Notes under the pieces: generated by a model | Database searches by the model: none | Seen by the model: the letters and a program-made list of their open reading frames with translations, nothing else | Told to the model about the DNA's origin: nothing | Made by a program: the position numbers and the translations under genes | Shown: positions 7,811-15,578 of the stretch, piece by piece | Layout of the letters: each line of letters opens with the position of its first letter | Position numbering within the stretch: the stretch's first letter is position 1 | Virus record (IMG/VR): IMGVR_UViG_3300047160_001842 | Span: 1 to 64,000 of that record | Length of the DNA: 64,000 nt | Source of the DNA: a virus | Lineage: Duplodnaviria > Caudoviricetes | Strand: one strand, 5' to 3'

Positions 7811-8076
7811 GATCGCTCCGGTGTAAGGTAGGTTGCGACGACCCACTTGGCGCGGTTGAGCGTCTGGCGGGCATCCTCGCGGAGGTTACGCGCGATCTCC
7901 TCCTGCGCGTCGGACATCAGCGACATTGCGCACATTCCGGCGCCGGAGTGCTTGAAGGTCAGGGAGGATTCGATGGTTGCCTTGAGGATGGCGAGTGTGC
8001 ACCCGTAGATGCGCTCCTCTCTGCGCTCGCGAGCGTCGATGGCGTCTGCGGACTCGGTGATCTTGATATCTGGCAT
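7807..8076 (-). CDS. Hypothetical protein
   Basis: AGAAAGACCAGAATG RBS. Confidence 0.7.
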   Translation of the reverse strand: MPDIKITESADAIDARERREERIYGCTLAILKATIESSLTFKHSGAGMCAMSLMSDAQEEIARNLREDARQTLNRAKWVVATYLTPERS

Positions 8077-8142
8077 TCTGGTCTTTCTGGTTGGTGATCG
8101 AAGCTGATCAGCTAGTCCCGACTCGCGAGACTAGCGGAGCGC

Positions 8143-8418
8143 TTAGATGACTTCAAGCGCGGTGATGACCGCCTTCTGGCCGTCCACCTCCAACTCGACA
8201 TATTGGCAGTCGCGGGCGGCGGCGCGAACCGAACGCCAGCCGGACTCGACGCCGAGGGCGCGGAGGGCGGCGGGAACGCTCTTGAACATCTCGACGCGCT
8301 CGCCGATTTGGACGCTCGCGGCGTAGCGCTTGCTGCGGGCGGCGGCGACTTCGGGGACGGCCCACGAAGCGACGGCGGAAGCGGAGATGGCGGCATTGAA
8401 TTGATTAGCGGTGTTCAT
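8143..8418 (-). CDS. Small putative DNA-binding protein, paralog of 6254-6520
   Basis: SWAVPEVAAARSKRY...FKSVPAALRALG. Confidence 0.75.
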   Translation of the reverse strand: MNTANQFNAAISASAVASWAVPEVAAARSKRYAASVQIGERVEMFKSVPAALRALGVESGWRSVRAAARDCQYVELEVDGQKAVITALEVI

Positions 8419-8450
8419 GATTCTGGTCTTTCTAAAGAGTTGGTGAACGA

Positions 8451-8478
8451 ATTATAACGCAGTTTCTGGCTTTCTCAA
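8451..8478 (-). promoter_or_regulatory. sigma70-like early promoter
   Basis: TTGAGA-16-TATAAT. Confidence 0.7.
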
Positions 8479-8547
8479 AATCCCTTCATTTCTGAGGGGT
8501 CTTTGCTAGCAGTTCCCGTCGTTTCCTTCGTTTCCTGCTATGCCTCA

Positions 8548-8575
8548 AGTATAACGCAGTTTTTGAAAATCGCAA
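8548..8575 (-). promoter_or_regulatory. sigma70-like early promoter, tandem copy of 8451
   Basis: TTGCGA-16-TATACT; 8453-8468 and 8550-8565 differ by 1 base. Confidence 0.65.
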
Positions 8576-8582
8576 AGTCCTT

Positions 8583-9356
8583 TCATGACGTAGGGTTATT
8601 GCTGAGCCGGACTGCCGAGTTCACCGGGCGATTGCCTTCCACACCCGGCACAATCTCGATTGCCGCGCCGCGTACACGTCCGGCCTGCAGGGCGTCCCAG
8701 CCCTCGTTGCCTTTGACTTCGAAGGGCTTGGCCGTCCCGTACTTCACATTGCCGAAGTGCTTGCTGACGGCGTCCTTCTTGATGATCATCAGCGCTGTCC
8801 CTGATCCTACGTGGGTGATGGTGTCGCGCTCCTCCGTCATCGCCTTTAGCCGCTCGGCCACGATGTTCGTTGCACCCTCCTCGAATGTCCGGAGGAGCTG
8901 GGCGACTAGTTTCCCGTACTTCGCCTTGCACCAATCCTGTCCGAGCTTCTTAATGGTGTTCGTTAGGCGGGAGTACATCGCCTGGGCCAGCTCCACGTCC
9001 GATTGGTAGCCCATGAAGACGATCCGCCGACCAACACGCGGTTTGCCGCTGACTCCGGCGTTGTAGAACCCGCCTTCGAACCGCGCCTGGCAGTCGTTGA
9101 ACTGGGCGATCCGGACGGCCAGGCCCTCGACAAACCGGCTGACGTCAGGCATGTACGACTTGGTGGCTGGGCCGGTCATGAACGCTTCGGTGACTTCCTT
9201 TGAAACGTCGAATTCGCTGACCTGGTATTTGTCCATCAGCGACCGTGCGCGCCCTGCGGCAATCGCGGCCTCGTTCGGGCTGGAGGCATCTGCCGCCATC
9301 GCGAGGAGCTTGGCGATGCGGTCCTTGATCTTTTCGATATCGATATGTTCAGTCAT
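8583..9356 (-). CDS. DUF2786-domain protein
   Basis: KIKDRIAKLLAMAADASSPNEAAIAAGRARSLMDKYQV N-terminal signature. Confidence 0.85.
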   Translation of the reverse strand: MTEHIDIEKIKDRIAKLLAMAADASSPNEAAIAAGRARSLMDKYQVSEFDVSKEVTEAFMTGPATKSYMPDVSRFVEGLAVRIAQFNDCQARFEGGFYNAGVSGKPRVGRRIVFMGYQSDVELAQAMYSRLTNTIKKLGQDWCKAKYGKLVAQLLRTFEEGATNIVAERLKAMTEERDTITHVGSGTALMIIKKDAVSKHFGNVKYGTAKPFEVKGNEGWDALQAGRVRGAAIEIVPGVEGNRPVNSAVRLSNNPTS

Positions 9357-9382
9357 TCTTTTCTTTCTGGTGGTGATCGATG

Positions 9383-9835
9383 TTAGCGCTTTTTGATGGC
9401 GTCAAGTGAACGTTCGTCAGCGAGGACGGCGCGCAGCCCGTGGTGGAGGTTCTGCGGCAAATCGTCCAGCGACACCCACGCCGCCTCGTCCGTTTCCCAG
9501 TTCAGCACAGGGCAGAATTCCCGGTCAACGATGGCGAGGAAGTTGTGATAGGTGAACGATCCGGATCGGAACACCAGCAGCTGGCGGAGGTCCACCGCGC
9601 CGAGATATCCGCACTCTTCCGTCATCTCGCGCAGCGCGGCTGTCTCCGGGTCGTCGCCGGGATTCAGCGCGCCTCCCCAAGTGCCGTAGGTGCCTGGGTG
9701 TTCGCACTCGTCGCTCCGGAGAGGGAGGAGGATGCGCCCGGTGTCCTTGGCCACGATCACGCAGCCAGCGCCAGCCTTCCCGTAGAAGCCGGTGCGCTGG
9801 AGCGCTTCGAAGTGTTCGGTTTCGTCTTCGATCAT
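9383..9835 (-). CDS. Nudix hydrolase
   Basis: Nudix box GGALNPGDDPETAALREMTEECG. Confidence 0.9.
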   Translation of the reverse strand: MIEDETEHFEALQRTGFYGKAGAGCVIVAKDTGRILLPLRSDECEHPGTYGTWGGALNPGDDPETAALREMTEECGYLGAVDLRQLLVFRSGSFTYHNFLAIVDREFCPVLNWETDEAAWVSLDDLPQNLHHGLRAVLADERSLDAIKKR

Positions 9836-10122
9836 TTCTTGCCCTTGGATAGTCGTTGGAGGATAGGATCGCGCTTCTCAGCCGCCTTCAGAAGGGCGTT
9901 TGCCTTCTTGAGGTGCTTGATGATCTTGTCCTGATTCTCGCGTGTACGCGGGCAATCGACGGCGAGTTGCTTGGCGGTCGTTACGTGGATGGCTGCGCGA
10001 TAGTGTCCGTTCGTACGGAGTTCGGCGGCGAGGTCTGCGAGGGCCGGCACAACGTTCACCCAGTGGACGTATTTGAAGCGCGGGATTGCCTCGATGAGGT
10101 CTTTGATCTTGATCATGATCAC
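9832..10122 (-). CDS. Hypothetical protein
   Basis: ATGA/GTGA coupling at both ends. Confidence 0.6.
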   Translation of the reverse strand: MIMIKIKDLIEAIPRFKYVHWVNVVPALADLAAELRTNGHYRAAIHVTTAKQLAVDCPRTRENQDKIIKHLKKANALLKAAEKRDPILQRLSKGKK

Positions 10123-10334
10123 TCGCTGATGCCACGGAGGGCGCGGCTTCTTGCGTAGGCGTCTGCCGTGAGGCCTTGGTGGTACTTCGCGCTCTCCCGC
10201 CCGAACCTTTCCTGGAGGCCCTGGCAGAAAGCGAAGTCCAGGGCCGCGCCGTTCTGGGAGGTGATCGCCCGTTGGCGCTGCATCTCGGCTTGGTTTGCCG
10301 TGCGCCGCTGGCGCTCTTGTTCGCGCTTGTTCAT
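10119..10334 (-). CDS. Hypothetical protein
   Basis: Start MNKREQ 1 bp from upstream stop. Confidence 0.6.
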   Translation of the reverse strand: MNKREQERQRRTANQAEMQRQRAITSQNGAALDFAFCQGLQERFGRESAKYHQGLTADAYARSRALRGISE

Positions 10335-10335
10335 C

Positions 10336-10557
10336 TCAGGCCACCACGTTGAATTTGAAATGGATGCCTTCTTGGATGGCGCGTTCGCCGATGAAGACCG
10401 GGAAGAATCGACCGTCCGTGTGCGTTGCGATGAAGTACGTTTGCTGGCGCGCGAAGTCGCGATCACCATAGAACTTTTCGACTGCCTTCTGTGCGTTCTC
10501 GCGGGTTGCGTAGGTCTTCGAAGGGGTCAGCTGGATCAGGGCTTGGGCGATTTTCAT
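10336..10557 (-). CDS. Hypothetical early protein
   Basis: AAGGA RBS within a 24-bp leader identical to that of 12099. Confidence 0.7.
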   Translation of the reverse strand: MKIAQALIQLTPSKTYATRENAQKAVEKFYGDRDFARQQTYFIATHTDGRFFPVFIGERAIQEGIHFKFNVVA

Positions 10558-10583
10558 TTCAGTTCCTTGGTTGGTATGGCTCA

Positions 10584-10610
10584 ATTCTATACCATTTCTG
10601 AGAATCGCAA
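10584..10610 (-). promoter_or_regulatory. Possible sigma70-like promoter
   Basis: TTGCGA-15-TAGAAT (short spacer); -10 aligns with the 12126 promoter relative to the shared leader. Confidence 0.45.
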
Positions 10611-10624
10611 AGCCCTTTCTCACG

Positions 10625-10837
10625 TCATGGGTATTTTCTGCTGAACGTCGCCGTTCGCCGGTAGCACTTCGCCACCCGGTCGTACTCCATGTTGTCTGGC
10701 GCGGCCTCGATGTACGCGCGGATATCGAGGCTCGCTTGCGGAGTGGATAGGTCAAAGAAGCGTTCGATGGCGCTCCGGTTGACCGTTCCATACTCCTCTA
10801 GCATAACGTCGATGAACTTCAGCCGCCACTCTTTCAT
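10625..10837 (-). CDS. Stand-alone winged-helix domain resembling the N-terminus of CapW/BrxR-type WYL repressors
   Basis: RLKFIDVMLEEYGTVNRSAIERFFDLSTPQASLDIRAYIEAAPDNMEYDRVAKCY; only 70 aa, no WYL domain. Confidence 0.8.
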   Translation of the reverse strand: MKEWRLKFIDVMLEEYGTVNRSAIERFFDLSTPQASLDIRAYIEAAPDNMEYDRVAKCYRRTATFSRKYP

Positions 10838-10914
10838 TTCGGGCCTTTCGGCAGAGGAGGCTTGGGAACCGGCATAGGGTCGCGCGGTTCCTGCGGCAGT
10901 GGGATGATGGTCAT
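10834..10914 (-). CDS. 26-aa proline-rich micropeptide
   Basis: MTIIPLPQEPRDPMPVPKPPLPKGPK; ATGA overlaps at both ends. Confidence 0.5.
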   Translation of the reverse strand: MTIIPLPQEPRDPMPVPKPPLPKGPK

Positions 10915-11165
10915 TCTGTCGTCACCTCGATTCCGTGAACGTCTCGCATGTACTCTTTGAGTCCATCCAGATCGGGCACGCCCGTCAGCAGCGTCTCATA
11001 CACAACGCCGCCAGCGCAATTGGAGAGGGTGCCGGATTCGTCCGGCGTCGGCAGCAGCGCCATGTTGTAGAGCGCGACGTACACCACCAATGCCGTCTCC
11101 TCGCTGGAGCCGACCGCTTCGATAGCCGGAAGGCTGCCGTTGGATTCCGATTTGATAACGAACAT
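10911..11165 (-). CDS. Hypothetical protein
   Basis: GGAG RBS; coupled stop. Confidence 0.6.
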   Translation of the reverse strand: MFVIKSESNGSLPAIEAVGSSEETALVVYVALYNMALLPTPDESGTLSNCAGGVVYETLLTGVPDLDGLKEYMRDVHGIEVTTE

Positions 11166-11169
11166 GATT

Positions 11170-11268
11170 TCAATCTCCACAGATGAGGGTTAGGATGATC
11201 TTGGCGACGCCATAGAAGACGCCCGCCACAACAGCGGCGATGACTAGAAGGATGAGGACGGCGCCCAT
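11170..11268 (-). CDS. 32-aa membrane micropeptide
   Basis: MGAVLILLVIAAVVAGVFYGVAKIILTLICGD; fills the gap in the operon. Confidence 0.5.
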   Translation of the reverse strand: MGAVLILLVIAAVVAGVFYGVAKIILTLICGD

Positions 11269-11269
11269 G

Positions 11270-11485
11270 TTAGCCCTTCTTGATGTTAACAAAGGTCGCC
11301 AGCGCGCTGATGTACTTGTCGGCATTCTCGATGAGGTGGTTGGTGAGTTCGTGCGGCTGCATATCTCGCCACCAAACGCCCTCCACCAGGACCTCTAACG
11401 GTCTGCGGCGGTCAACCTCCCACTGCGCCTTGCGCTCCTGAAGAGAGGCCAGCTGGGCCTCGTCCTCGAATGTCCAGCCTTCCAT
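11270..11485 (-). CDS. Hypothetical protein
   Basis: GGAGG RBS. Confidence 0.6.
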   Translation of the reverse strand: MEGWTFEDEAQLASLQERKAQWEVDRRRPLEVLVEGVWWRDMQPHELTNHLIENADKYISALATFVNIKKG

Positions 11486-11486
11486 C

Positions 11487-11786
11487 TCACTCCTCCATCC
11501 GAGCGTTGAGGTTGTTGATAAGGGCCTCGCGGATGTCCTCGTCATCGAACACATCGACGGGCATCAGCACGCCAGTATCGAGGTCGTAGAACGTCTGCGG
11601 CTCGACGGATTCCAGCGACACGAGGAAAGCGCCCTTGACACCTCCAAGGTCGCGCTCCAGAATCTCACCCTTGCAATCGTGCTCGATGACGGCGCTGAAC
11701 TCCTTCACGAAGTCCTCCGGCGCGTTCAGATTCAAGTACATCGGCTCGTCGCCGGTTTCGTACATCAAAATGACGTATTCGGTCAC
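11487..11786 (-). CDS. Acidic hypothetical protein
   Basis: AAGGAG RBS, GTG start. Confidence 0.6.
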   Translation of the reverse strand: MTEYVILMYETGDEPMYLNLNAPEDFVKEFSAVIEHDCKGEILERDLGGVKGAFLVSLESVEPQTFYDLDTGVLMPVDVFDDEDIREALINNLNARMEE

Positions 11787-11796
11787 AATGTTCTCC

Positions 11797-12099
11797 TTAG
11801 AGCGGGCTATATGCCGCGACGTTGGTTTGGATGAGGTTGCTGACGGAGGTGTACGCGCCGACCGGAGCGCCCCACTGCTGTTCCGGATATCCGCCGGTCT
11901 TGAGTCTGCCGTACTCCCAGGAAGGAACGGCCTTGACTTTTTCCAAGAAGCGCTCGGCGCGGCGTCGATCCTTGAAAACTGCCGCGTGGGCGATGGTTTC
12001 CCAGAAGCTATCCGAGCAATCCCGGTAGATTCCTTGGATTTGGAAACCGGCAATCCCGGCGATGGTAACCTGCTTGATTTCGAGGTTGCGGATGGTCAT
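11797..12099 (-). CDS. Hypothetical early protein
   Basis: Leader identical to that of 10557; downstream of consensus promoter. Confidence 0.7.
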   Translation of the reverse strand: MTIRNLEIKQVTIAGIAGFQIQGIYRDCSDSFWETIAHAAVFKDRRRAERFLEKVKAVPSWEYGRLKTGGYPEQQWGAPVGAYTSVSNLIQTNVAAYSPL

Positions 12100-12125
12100 T
12101 TCAGTTCCTTGGTTGGTATGACGCA

Positions 12126-12154
12126 ATTATAGGTCAGAAATGAACGTTCGTCAA
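12126..12154 (-). promoter_or_regulatory. sigma70 early promoter
   Basis: TTGACG-17-TATAAT. Confidence 0.85.
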
Positions 12155-12160
12155 TACCCT

Positions 12161-12487
12161 TCATTCTGGTCTGATATTCAGAAACTCGCCGTGCTTCTCG
12201 CGCGCCTCGTCCACGACTAGCAGGTGGGCCTCCAGCGCCTTATCGTACCCCTCCACGATGATCGAGCCGTTGTCGCCGATCCTGACCGGCATCAGTTCGG
12301 GCGGGAAAGCGTAGGACGGATTGACGCCCGCCACGAGCATGTGCAGCGAGCGCTTGCGCCAGAGGTCGCCGCCCTTCGTCAGCGTCACCTCGCCGTCCTG
12401 CCATACCTCGTACACCATGGAGTCCGCTTGGCGCTCCGGCTGGTGGAGGGATAGGAACCGGGTTAGGTTCGTTTCTTGTGTGTTCAT
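12161..12487 (-). CDS. Hypothetical protein
   Basis: Start MNTQET; fills operon. Confidence 0.65.
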   Translation of the reverse strand: MNTQETNLTRFLSLHQPERQADSMVYEVWQDGEVTLTKGGDLWRKRSLHMLVAGVNPSYAFPPELMPVRIGDNGSIIVEGYDKALEAHLLVVDEAREKHGEFLNIRPE

Positions 12488-12573
12488 CTTGGATAGAATG
12501 TGTTCGGTTGGGACGAGTCGGCGCGGCTGGAGCCTAGCCCCAACCCGCCCGTCGATGGTTCCTAGCGGGCCTC

Positions 12574-13167
12574 TCACCCGAAGAAGTTGCCACGGCATAT
12601 CGGGCCGATCCCAAGCTCAATCGAGAGCGCGTTGGTGAGCGTCCGGCTGCAGACAGAGCAGGAGCCGTACTGACGCCCGTAGGCCACGGAGGTTTCCTCC
12701 GGATGTCCGCAAGCGTCGATGATGTCTGCTTCTGCCTCGACATCGCATTCGTAAGAGCGGAAGAAGTGACCGGCCTTGACCTTCCCGAGGTAGGTGCCGG
12801 CCTCGTCCTTGACGTAGAGCGCTCCGGCGTTCGATCCGAAGGCTGGCGCCTGCGAGATGACGTAGGTGGCTCCGGCCTTGCTGAAAAGGCGCATCTTGGG
12901 GCGGTTGATCCCGTTTCCGTTGGCCCTCTCGAAAGCCTTCTCAATGAGAGATACGTCCACGGCGGATTCCGGCTTAGGCGCGGCTGGGGCCTTCGGGGCG
13001 GCGCACTTCTTCGCTGCCGCCATCTGACGCTCCGTGAGGAGTTTTCCGTGGTTGACTTGATCGCGGAGCGAAAGGGCGAATTCGAAGTTGGTGTTGTTCC
13101 ACCACTTCGCGATATCCGGATGAACATCCTCAAAAGCGAGGAGGAAGGTGGTCTTGCTATCGGTCAT
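12574..13167 (-). CDS. DUF6011-like zinc-ribbon protein
   Basis: C-terminal CSVCSRTLTNALSIELGIGPIC. Confidence 0.8.
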   Translation of the reverse strand: MTDSKTTFLLAFEDVHPDIAKWWNNTNFEFALSLRDQVNHGKLLTERQMAAAKKCAAPKAPAAPKPESAVDVSLIEKAFERANGNGINRPKMRLFSKAGATYVISQAPAFGSNAGALYVKDEAGTYLGKVKAGHFFRSYECDVEAEADIIDACGHPEETSVAYGRQYGSCSVCSRTLTNALSIELGIGPICRGNFFG

Positions 13168-13194
13168 TCTGATCTTTCTAGAGTTGATGTCCGG

Positions 13195-13223
13195 ATTCTA
13201 GCGCCATTTCTGACGCTAGGCAA
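13195..13223 (-). promoter_or_regulatory. sigma70 early promoter
   Basis: TTGCCT-17-TAGAAT. Confidence 0.75.
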
Positions 13224-13229
13224 GGAATT

Positions 13230-13916
13230 TCACTCAACCAGCTCAAATTTGTACGACTTCCCGCCAAACTCGAACGTCTCGACGCCCGCCGCCTTGAGCT
13301 TGAGGCGGAACCGGATGTGCTTGGAGACGGGGAGGTTGAGGCTGTGGAAGGCAGCGAGCGTCGATTTGAACTCACCGAGCAGTTCGCCGTCTTCGTCGGT
13401 GACGTTGACGCCGTGGCGGGTGAGTCGTTCGGCGCGGACGGTCGGAACCTGCCAGCTGATCGATACGCCCAGGCTGTTGGATGCGCGCCCGATGTGGTTG
13501 CGCGGCGGCTCTTGCTTCTTGTTGGACATCGCGCCGAGTGCGCCGCCCATGTGGCCGAAGGTATTGACGGAGTGGTCTTGCTCCTCCTCGTCTTCCTCCT
13601 CCGGTTCGCCGTCCTCCTCGACGGACATCGACTTGACGTTGGTGGATTGTTCCGCCGCCTTGATCTGAACCGGCTCGCCCGTCTCGTCGTCGGTGAGTTC
13701 GCCTACGAAAATCATCCCCTCGTCTGGGAAGACTTCGCCTTCTTTCCCTTGGAAGTATGAAGCGAGCTTTTCGACTAGGACGTTGACGCGCTTTTCGGCG
13801 GTCTTACGGTCTGCGAATTTGTTGACGGGCTTACCGTCCTGGAGGCGGACTGCGTGGGTGTTGTAAAAGGAAATGAGGTCCGCCATCTTGGCTTCGGTGA
13901 TCGCGATCTGTTGCAT
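13230..13916 (-). CDS. First early gene; acidic linker plus C-terminal domain shared with 6254 and 8143 proteins
   Basis: SWQVPTVRAERLTRHG...FKSTLAAFHSL; AAGGAAG RBS. Confidence 0.8.
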   Translation of the reverse strand: MQQIAITEAKMADLISFYNTHAVRLQDGKPVNKFADRKTAEKRVNVLVEKLASYFQGKEGEVFPDEGMIFVGELTDDETGEPVQIKAAEQSTNVKSMSVEEDGEPEEEDEEEQDHSVNTFGHMGGALGAMSNKKQEPPRNHIGRASNSLGVSISWQVPTVRAERLTRHGVNVTDEDGELLGEFKSTLAAFHSLNLPVSKHIRFRLKLKAAGVETFEFGGKSYKFELVE

Positions 13917-13978
13917 GTGAACTTCCTTCTCTCTTGGGTTGACTTTCTTTTTGGCTCTTATCGAACCGGCGTGACGCT

Positions 13979-14036
13979 ATTATGGCCCCTTTTCTCTCAC
14001 CTGTAAACACTTTTCTTGATTTGCATCAAAAAATTT
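13979..14036 (-). promoter_or_regulatory. sigma70 promoter with A/T-rich UP-like element
   Basis: TTTACA(14007-14002)-17-CATAAT(13984-13979); A/T tract 14011-14036. Confidence 0.75.
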
Positions 14037-14141
14037 TCGCTATCGGGTGAGAACTCGGTGATAGCTAGGGCCTATTGATGTACGGTCCACGGTGATCTTC
14101 GGCTAGGATCGGTCGTAACACCGTCCTCTAGAACACCTCCC

Positions 14142-15578
14142 ATGGGCCTCCCCCTTCTCAAGCCGACACTCCCGTTTCCAGAAGCGTCGAATTCACCGTC
14201 ATATTATACGCTGAACGTCGCCCTTCGTCCATTCTGGGCGGCTCAGGCGCGGCACAAGATTCTTTATGGCGGGCGGGCATCCTCCAAGTCGCACGATGCC
14301 GCTGGGCACGCGATCTTCCTGGCGGCAAACTTCTGCGTGAAGTTCATGTGCGCGCGGCAGTTCCAGAACCGGATCAGCGAGAGCGTCTACACGTTGCTGA
14401 AGGACAAGATCAACACAAGCCCTTACAAGCGTGAGTTCGAAGTCCTCAAGACCAGCATACGCCACAAGCTGACCGGCAGCGAATTCCTGTTCTACGGTAT
14501 CGCGCGGAACCTTGAGGAAATCAAGTCCACTGAGGGCGTCGATATCCTCTGGCTGGAAGAGGCTCACTATCTGACGGAGCTTCAATGGCAGGTCATTGAG
14601 CCGACGATCCGTAAGGACTGCTCGCAGGTCTGGCTGATCTTCAATCCGGCAGAGTTCACCGACTTCGTGTACCAGAACTTCGTCGTCAATCCTCCGGCAG
14701 ACAGCATTGTTCGCGAAATCAACTGGCGTGAGAATCCATACCTCTCCCAGACGATGCTCAAAGTCATCTATGATTACTACAAGCGCGAGCCGGAATCCGC
14801 GCGGCATGTCTACGGTGGCGAACCGAAGATGGGCGAGGACAAATCGGTCATCCCGCTCAAATACATCATTGCCGCCATTGACGCTCACAAGAAGCTCGAT
14901 TGGACTGCTGGTGGTCAGCGGACCATCGGCTATGACGTTGCCGATGACGGAGAGGACAAGAATGCTTGGGTCGAGTCCCACGGCAACATCATCATGAAGG
15001 CGGAGGAGTGGCAGGGCCTGGAGGATGAGTTACTCAAGTCGTGTGCGAAGGTCTACAACGTGGCCGTCCTCGCCAACGCGAACATTGTCTGGGACTCTAT
15101 CGGCGTGGGAGCGTTCGCTGGATCGAAGTTCGCCGACCTCAACGCCGAACACAAACGCAAGGTCGTGTACGAACCGTTCAACGCTGGCGGCGCTGTGGAG
15201 AATCCCAAGGGCGCGTACATGAAGCTGCCGCACGTGACGATCACCAACGGTGAACACTTCAGCAACATCAAGGCGCAGAAGTGGGATGAGGTCGCCATAC
15301 GCTTCCGGAGGACCTATGAGGCGGTGGAGCTTGGCGTCAAGCACCCGCTCGATGAACTGATCAGCCTCAACTCTGAGACGCTGGGCGCGACAATGCTGAA
15401 GAAAATTCAGCTGGAGCTGGCCTCGCCGCAGAAGGATATCGACAAGATGGGCAAGTTCAAAGTTGAGTCGAAAGAGGATATGCGCGAGAAACGCGGCATC
15501 AAGTCCCCCAACGTCGCCGATGCCCTCATCATGTCAATGATCCGGGTGAAGCGGAACCCTTCTACGTTCTTTGGTTGA
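14142..15578 (+). CDS. terL: Terminase large subunit (PBSX-like)
   Basis: Walker A KILYGGRASSKS, Walker B ILWLEEA, nuclease IGYDVAD and SPNVADAL. Confidence 0.95.
   Translation: MGLPLLKPTLPFPEASNSPSYYTLNVALRPFWAAQARHKILYGGRASSKSHDAAGHAIFLAANFCVKFMCARQFQNRISESVYTLLKDKINTSPYKREFEVLKTSIRHKLTGSEFLFYGIARNLEEIKSTEGVDILWLEEAHYLTELQWQVIEPTIRKDCSQVWLIFNPAEFTDFVYQNFVVNPPADSIVREINWRENPYLSQTMLKVIYDYYKREPESARHVYGGEPKMGEDKSVIPLKYIIAAIDAHKKLDWTAGGQRTIGYDVADDGEDKNAWVESHGNIIMKAEEWQGLEDELLKSCAKVYNVAVLANANIVWDSIGVGAFAGSKFADLNAEHKRKVVYEPFNAGGAVENPKGAYMKLPHVTITNGEHFSNIKAQKWDEVAIRFRRTYEAVELGVKHPLDELISLNSETLGATMLKKIQLELASPQKDIDKMGKFKVESKEDMREKRGIKSPNVADALIMSMIRVKRNPSTFFG

Noticed and set aside
8102-8136. 12-bp palindrome AGCTGATCAGCT and adjacent GCTAGTC/GACTAGC inverted repeat
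   Set aside because: Single occurrence, no U-tract, no second copy to suggest an operator.
14011-14065. A/T-rich inverted repeats as origin or pac site
   Set aside because: Adequately explained as the UP element of the 13979-14007 promoter; no iterons; genome ends cannot be inferred here.
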